Source: Pseudomonadota bacterium (lineage in GTDB: Bacteria > Pseudomonadota > Gammaproteobacteria > JAKAQQ01). Taken from it: a stretch of DNA of 64,000 nt. The notes beneath the pieces are model-generated. The model was given only the letters and a program-made list of their open reading frames with translations. It was not told the DNA's origin and made no database searches. Positions 60,141 to 64,000 of this stretch are shown here, piece by piece. Numbering within the stretch: the first letter of the stretch is position 1; each line of letters starts with the position of its first letter. The translations under genes were made by a program, and so were the position numbers. The stretch covers positions 14,872 to 78,871 of the forward strand of contig JAJZYM010000002.1 of assembly GCA_021798115.1 (NCBI GenBank), written 5' to 3'.

Positions 60141-61669
60141 GAACGCCCGCCTCTCGCCCGATCGAGGAGGTACTGAACGAAGAGCGGTACGGGCCGGCCG
60201 GTCGAGCCCTTGGCCGCTCCGCTCTTCCACGCCGTTCCCGCGATGTCGAGATGCGCCCAGGTGAGCTCGCGGGTGAAGCGGCCGAGGAAGCAGGCGGCGG
60301 TGATGGCCCCACCGTCGCGTGTTCCAATGTTGGCGAAGTCGGCAAAGTTGCTCTTGAGCTCGTCCTGATAGTCGTCCCAGAGCGGAAGACGCCAGACGCG
60401 GTCGAGACTCCGGGCGGAGGCTGCCTCGAGGTCGCGCACGAGTGCCTCGTCATTGCTGAAGAGACCGCTCGGATGGTGCCCGAGCGCAACCACGCAGGCG
60501 CCGGTCAGGGTGGCCGCGTCGATCACCGTCCGGGGGCGGTAGGTGCGGGCGACGTAGCTCAAGGCGTCGCAAAGGATGAGGCGCCCCTCGGCGTCCGTGT
60601 TGAGGACCTCGACGGTTTGCCCCGAGTGGGTCGTGAGGATATCGCCCGGCTTGACCGCTGCTCCGCCGGGAAGATTCTCGCAGGCGGGGACGACGCCCAC
60701 CGCGTGAATCGGCAGGCCGAGTTTCTTCAGGGCGACGAACGTCCCGAGAACCGCCCCGGCTCCAGACATGTCGAACTTCATCTCGTCCATGTTGGCGGCG
60801 GGCTTGAGGGAAATGCCGCCGGCGTCGAAGGTGATGCCTTTGCCGACAAGGACGTAGGGCGCCGAGGGTGCTCCTTTCTCGCCGCGGTAGTCGAGAAGGA
60901 TGAGGCGGGGGGGTTCGCGGCTGCCCTGTGCCACCCCGAGGAGGGCTCCCATCCCCAGACGGCGCATGTCTTTCTCGTCCAGCACCTTGACCGTGAGGCG
61001 CCGCTCGCCGCGGGCGATCAGGCGGGCGCGCTCGGCCAGATAGCGTGGGGTGGCGATGTTCGGAGGAAGATTGCCGAGGTCCTTGGCGAAAGCGCTTCCT
61101 TCCGCCACCGCTTCGCCGATTCGCATGGCTTCCGCGGCTTCGGCCTTGGCGCGGCCCGGAGGGGCCGGGAAGAGAATTCGGCGGAGGCTTGCTCGCGTCG
61201 GCTCCTCGCCTTTCTGGCCTTTGCCCTTGCAGAGATCGAACGTATAGAACGCCTCGTGGCTGGCCTCGACGGCGTAGCGGTAGGCGAGAGGAGAGGACCC
61301 CGGGGTGAGGAGGGGCAGGGTGTTGATCGCCGTCGCGAGCCCCGGCAGAGCCTTGAGGGCTTTGAGGCCTCCAAGCGTCGCGTCGCGCAGGCGCCGCTCG
61401 TCGATCTCGCTCTTCGGCCCGAGACCCACGACGATCGTGACCGGGGCCCGCACCCCCGGGAGATCGGTGAGGACGAGCGTTCTGCCGCGCTCTCCGGAAA
61501 AACCGAGACGGGCTAGGCGCTTGGCGAGGACCCCTTTGGTGGCCCGATCGAGAAGCTGGGTCGGCGCCGGTTGCGGGCTCGCCGTGTAGACGCCGAGCAG
61601 AATCGCGTCGGCGTTTTCCTCCGCCAAGGATCCGCTGAAGAAACGAAACTGAAGGGTGTGCTGGGGCAT
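60137..61669 (-). CDS. pepA: leucyl aminopeptidase PepA
   Basis: ...VGKGITFDAGGISLKP...NTDAEGRL... M17 metal-binding motifs. 510 aa. Confidence 0.9.
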   Translation of the reverse strand: MPQHTLQFRFFSGSLAEENADAILLGVYTASPQPAPTQLLDRATKGVLAKRLARLGFSGERGRTLVLTDLPGVRAPVTIVVGLGPKSEIDERRLRDATLGGLKALKALPGLATAINTLPLLTPGSSPLAYRYAVEASHEAFYTFDLCKGKGQKGEEPTRASLRRILFPAPPGRAKAEAAEAMRIGEAVAEGSAFAKDLGNLPPNIATPRYLAERARLIARGERRLTVKVLDEKDMRRLGMGALLGVAQGSREPPRLILLDYRGEKGAPSAPYVLVGKGITFDAGGISLKPAANMDEMKFDMSGAGAVLGTFVALKKLGLPIHAVGVVPACENLPGGAAVKPGDILTTHSGQTVEVLNTDAEGRLILCDALSYVARTYRPRTVIDAATLTGACVVALGHHPSGLFSNDEALVRDLEAASARSLDRVWRLPLWDDYQDELKSNFADFANIGTRDGGAITAACFLGRFTRELTWAHLDIAGTAWKSGAAKGSTGRPVPLFVQYLLDRARGGRS

Positions 61670-61790
61670 GGGTCGGCTCCCGATCGGCGGCAGGGGTAAC
61701 GAGGCTGGGACCGGCACGCGAAGACGACCGCCCCATCGCTTATCTTAATACGTCGTCCGCCGCACGTTCTCGACGTCCCGCAACCGCCCC

Positions 61791-62885
61791 GTGGTTCTTC
61801 GCCGTAGCCTCACACGCGAACTCTGGTTGACCGTCGCCGCGACGATCCTGGCGCTCTTCTTGATCGTGCTCTCTTCGCGCTTCACCCATTACCTCGCGGA
61901 AGCCGCCGCGGGACGGTTGCCCGGCGACGTCGTCTTTGTGCTCATGGGGCTCAGCACGTTGGCCTACGGGACAGTGCTCCTCCCGGTCGGGGGGTTCATC
62001 GGCATGATGATCGTTTTTGCCCGCCTCTGGCGCGACAACGAAATGATCGCGATCGCCACGAGCGGACTCTCACCGCTCGGGATTCTCCGTCTTGTGGCCC
62101 GTCCGGTTGCGGTCCTCGTGATCCTCACGGCGCTTCTCACACTCTTCCTCGCGCCGTGGGCGCTCCGGACCGCGGTGGGCGTGCGGCGCGAGGCGGCCAC
62201 ACAAGTCCGCCGGACCCTGTTCCGCGAGGGCCGGTTTCACGAGCTCACGTACGAACACACGACGCTCTACGCTCGGCGCGTGAGCCCCGGAGGACATCGG
62301 TTGCGCGCGATTTTCGTCGCCCAGGACGTGAACGGCCGGCCGGTGATCGTGACGGCCCGACAGGGGCGCTTCCGCCGCACGCCCTCCGGCGTTCAGGAGC
62401 TCGTCCTCAAGAACGGCTACCGGACGGTCGGCGTCCCCGGTCGGGCCGTCTACGAGAGGCTCCGCTTCACCCGCTACGTGGCCGATCTCCACGGGCTTCA
62501 TTTCGCGGCGACCCCGCAGGGGTCCCTCCCGCGCGACGCGCTTCCCCTCAAGGCGCTACTCAAGCAACCGGGTCCTGCCGATTGGGCTCAGTTCGAGTGG
62601 CGTCTGAGCCCCCCCGTCATGCTGCTGATCTTTGTGTTCCTCGCTCTCCCGTTGGCGCAGACCTCCGTGCGCTCGAGCCGCTTCACACGGCCGTTTTTGG
62701 CCGTCCTCGTCTATCTCCTCTACGCCAATCTTCTCGGCGCCGCCAAAGTTTGGGTCCGCAATGGACAGCTGAGCCCCTTCATCGGTCTTTGGTGGGTCCA
62801 TCTCCTCTTCGCCTCAGCCGCGGTGCTGTTCTTCCTTGGGCTTTACGGGCGCCATCCGCTGCGCCTCAAACGAGGGGCCCGATGA
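61791..62885 (+). CDS. lptF: LPS export ABC permease LptF
   Basis: YjgP/YjgQ-family 6-TM permease divergent from pepA, as in E. coli. GTG start. Confidence 0.8.
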   Translation: MVLRRSLTRELWLTVAATILALFLIVLSSRFTHYLAEAAAGRLPGDVVFVLMGLSTLAYGTVLLPVGGFIGMMIVFARLWRDNEMIAIATSGLSPLGILRLVARPVAVLVILTALLTLFLAPWALRTAVGVRREAATQVRRTLFREGRFHELTYEHTTLYARRVSPGGHRLRAIFVAQDVNGRPVIVTARQGRFRRTPSGVQELVLKNGYRTVGVPGRAVYERLRFTRYVADLHGLHFAATPQGSLPRDALPLKALLKQPGPADWAQFEWRLSPPVMLLIFVFLALPLAQTSVRSSRFTRPFLAVLVYLLYANLLGAAKVWVRNGQLSPFIGLWWVHLLFASAAVLFFLGLYGRHPLRLKRGAR

Positions 62886-63952
62886 ACACCCTGGACCGTT
62901 ATCTCGTCCGTCACGTGCTCATCGCGAGTCTCGCGGCGCTGGTCGTCCTCGCGACCGTGTCTGCCGTCTTCACCTTTTTTGCCCAGTTGCACAACGTGGG
63001 CACGTTTCACTACACGATTCGCACCGCGCTCGTCTACAGCGCGAGCGTGCTTCCGCAGTGGGCGTTCAACGCGTTCCCGATCGCCGTGCTTCTGGGTGCG
63101 CTCTTCGGGATCGGCGGGCTCGCGAGCCATCACGAGATCGTCGCCATGCGCGCGGCCGGCCTGTCCTTCGCCCGCCTCGCCGCCGGACTTGCCCTCGGAT
63201 CCCTCCCTCTTCTCGTCCTGGCCGCTCTTCTCGGCCAGTACCTCGCGCCCCCCCTCAAGGTCTACGCTGAGACCGATCGTTCGCTCGCGCTCTACAACGA
63301 GGTGAGCCTCTTCGGACCGAACGGGATCTGGCTGCGAAACGAACACCGCATCGTCAACATCATGCGCGTGGGCCACCACCATGTCATCCAGGGTGTGAGC
63401 GTCTATACCTACGGTCGCGGAGAACGCCTGCGCTCGGCGGGCTACGCGCCCCGCGGTGTCTACCAACACGGCCTTTGGATCCTCGATGCGTACCGCGTCA
63501 CCCGCTGGAAAGACGGAAGAACAATCCGCGTGCCTCCGGCCCGGCGGACCGTCCCGGGGCTTCTCGATCCGGGTCTTTTCAGCGTGCTCGCGGTCAGTCC
63601 GTCCAACCTCTCCGGGACGGGTCTCTGGTCCTACATCCGCTATCTTCACGCCAACGGACTGAACGCCACCCCGTACGAGACGGCGTTTTGGCACAAAATC
63701 GCCTCGGTGTGCACGATTCCGATCATGATCCTTCTCGCCTTGTTTTTTTCGGCCGGACCCATCCGTTCACCGCGCACCGGACAGCGTCTTTTCCTCGGCA
63801 TCCTGATCGGTGGACTCTACAAGGCCTTCGACGCCACGTTTCTGCACGCCGGAGCCGTCTTTGGGATTCCCCCGGTGGTCGTGGCTTTCCTTCCGGTGAT
63901 GGGGCTTCTGGCCCTGGCTCTTGTCCTCCTCTGGCGGGTGGGTCGCGTCTGA
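62882..63952 (+). CDS. lptG: LPS export ABC permease LptG
   Basis: MNTLDRYLVRHVL... YjgP/YjgQ family. It overlaps the lptF stop (ATGA). Confidence 0.8.
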   Translation: MNTLDRYLVRHVLIASLAALVVLATVSAVFTFFAQLHNVGTFHYTIRTALVYSASVLPQWAFNAFPIAVLLGALFGIGGLASHHEIVAMRAAGLSFARLAAGLALGSLPLLVLAALLGQYLAPPLKVYAETDRSLALYNEVSLFGPNGIWLRNEHRIVNIMRVGHHHVIQGVSVYTYGRGERLRSAGYAPRGVYQHGLWILDAYRVTRWKDGRTIRVPPARRTVPGLLDPGLFSVLAVSPSNLSGTGLWSYIRYLHANGLNATPYETAFWHKIASVCTIPIMILLALFFSAGPIRSPRTGQRLFLGILIGGLYKAFDATFLHAGAVFGIPPVVVAFLPVMGLLALALVLLWRVGRV

Positions 63953-64000
63953 GTCCGGGACGCTTCGGCGATCCTCTGTATACTTGGCGTGAGGTTCTGC

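Noticed and set aside
56665-60489. 1274-aa ORF extending valS upstream across holC
   Set aside because: The first 293 residues are low-complexity Arg/Pro/Ser sequence overlapping holC in another frame. valS starts at the ATG at 59610 (MSDAPPLPSLDKTFDP...).

Overview
This window is a high-GC (about 65-70%) proteobacterial chromosome segment made of conserved housekeeping blocks separated by lower-GC accessory islands.

Core gene order on the + strand:
- cdsA (3' end) - rseP - bamA - skp - lpxD - fabZ - lpxA - lpxB - rnhB - dnaE - accA - tilS - infA. Most junctions overlap by 4 nt or more, so the genes are probably translationally coupled.
- uvrB - tRNA-Val.
- thrS - infC - rpmI - rplT - pheS - pheT - ihfA - MerR-family regulator - tRNA-Pro.
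- lptF - lptG at the right end.

Core genes on the - strand:
- A PLP-dependent Thr/Ser dehydratase coupled to dinB.
- An OMF-MFP-RND efflux operon plus a DUF4382 lipoprotein.
- hemN, a C26 amidotransferase and an AspC-like aminotransferase.
- An erythrin-VIT1 (MbfA-like) iron exporter gene.
- valS - holC - pepA.

Accessory material:
1. A roughly 5.8 kb low-GC island right after tRNA-Val. It carries a sulfotransferase, a FemAB-like acyltransferase, a Wzx-type flippase and a 350-aa unknown protein, which together look like a glycan sulfation/modification locus.
2. A decayed defence island right after tRNA-Pro. It holds a class-II Fic AMPylase preceded by a palindromic operator, a 158-aa ORF ending in an HsdS-like tail, a RhuM-Doc fusion, and fragments resembling type I R-M genes.
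3. A DUF5946-like gene, a TauE/SafE permease, a secreted prolyl oligopeptidase and a large Sel1-repeat protein. These are followed by a duplicated prolyl-oligopeptidase fragment and a truncated, frameshifted IS3-family element next to valS.

Other things worth a second look:
- A short AT-rich islet with a small hydrophobic peptide ORF next to dinB.
- An apparent AUC start for infC.
- Short AT-rich, rare-codon patches inside the most conserved motifs of uvrB, thrS, pheT, infC and ihfA.

No rRNA genes or CRISPR arrays are present.
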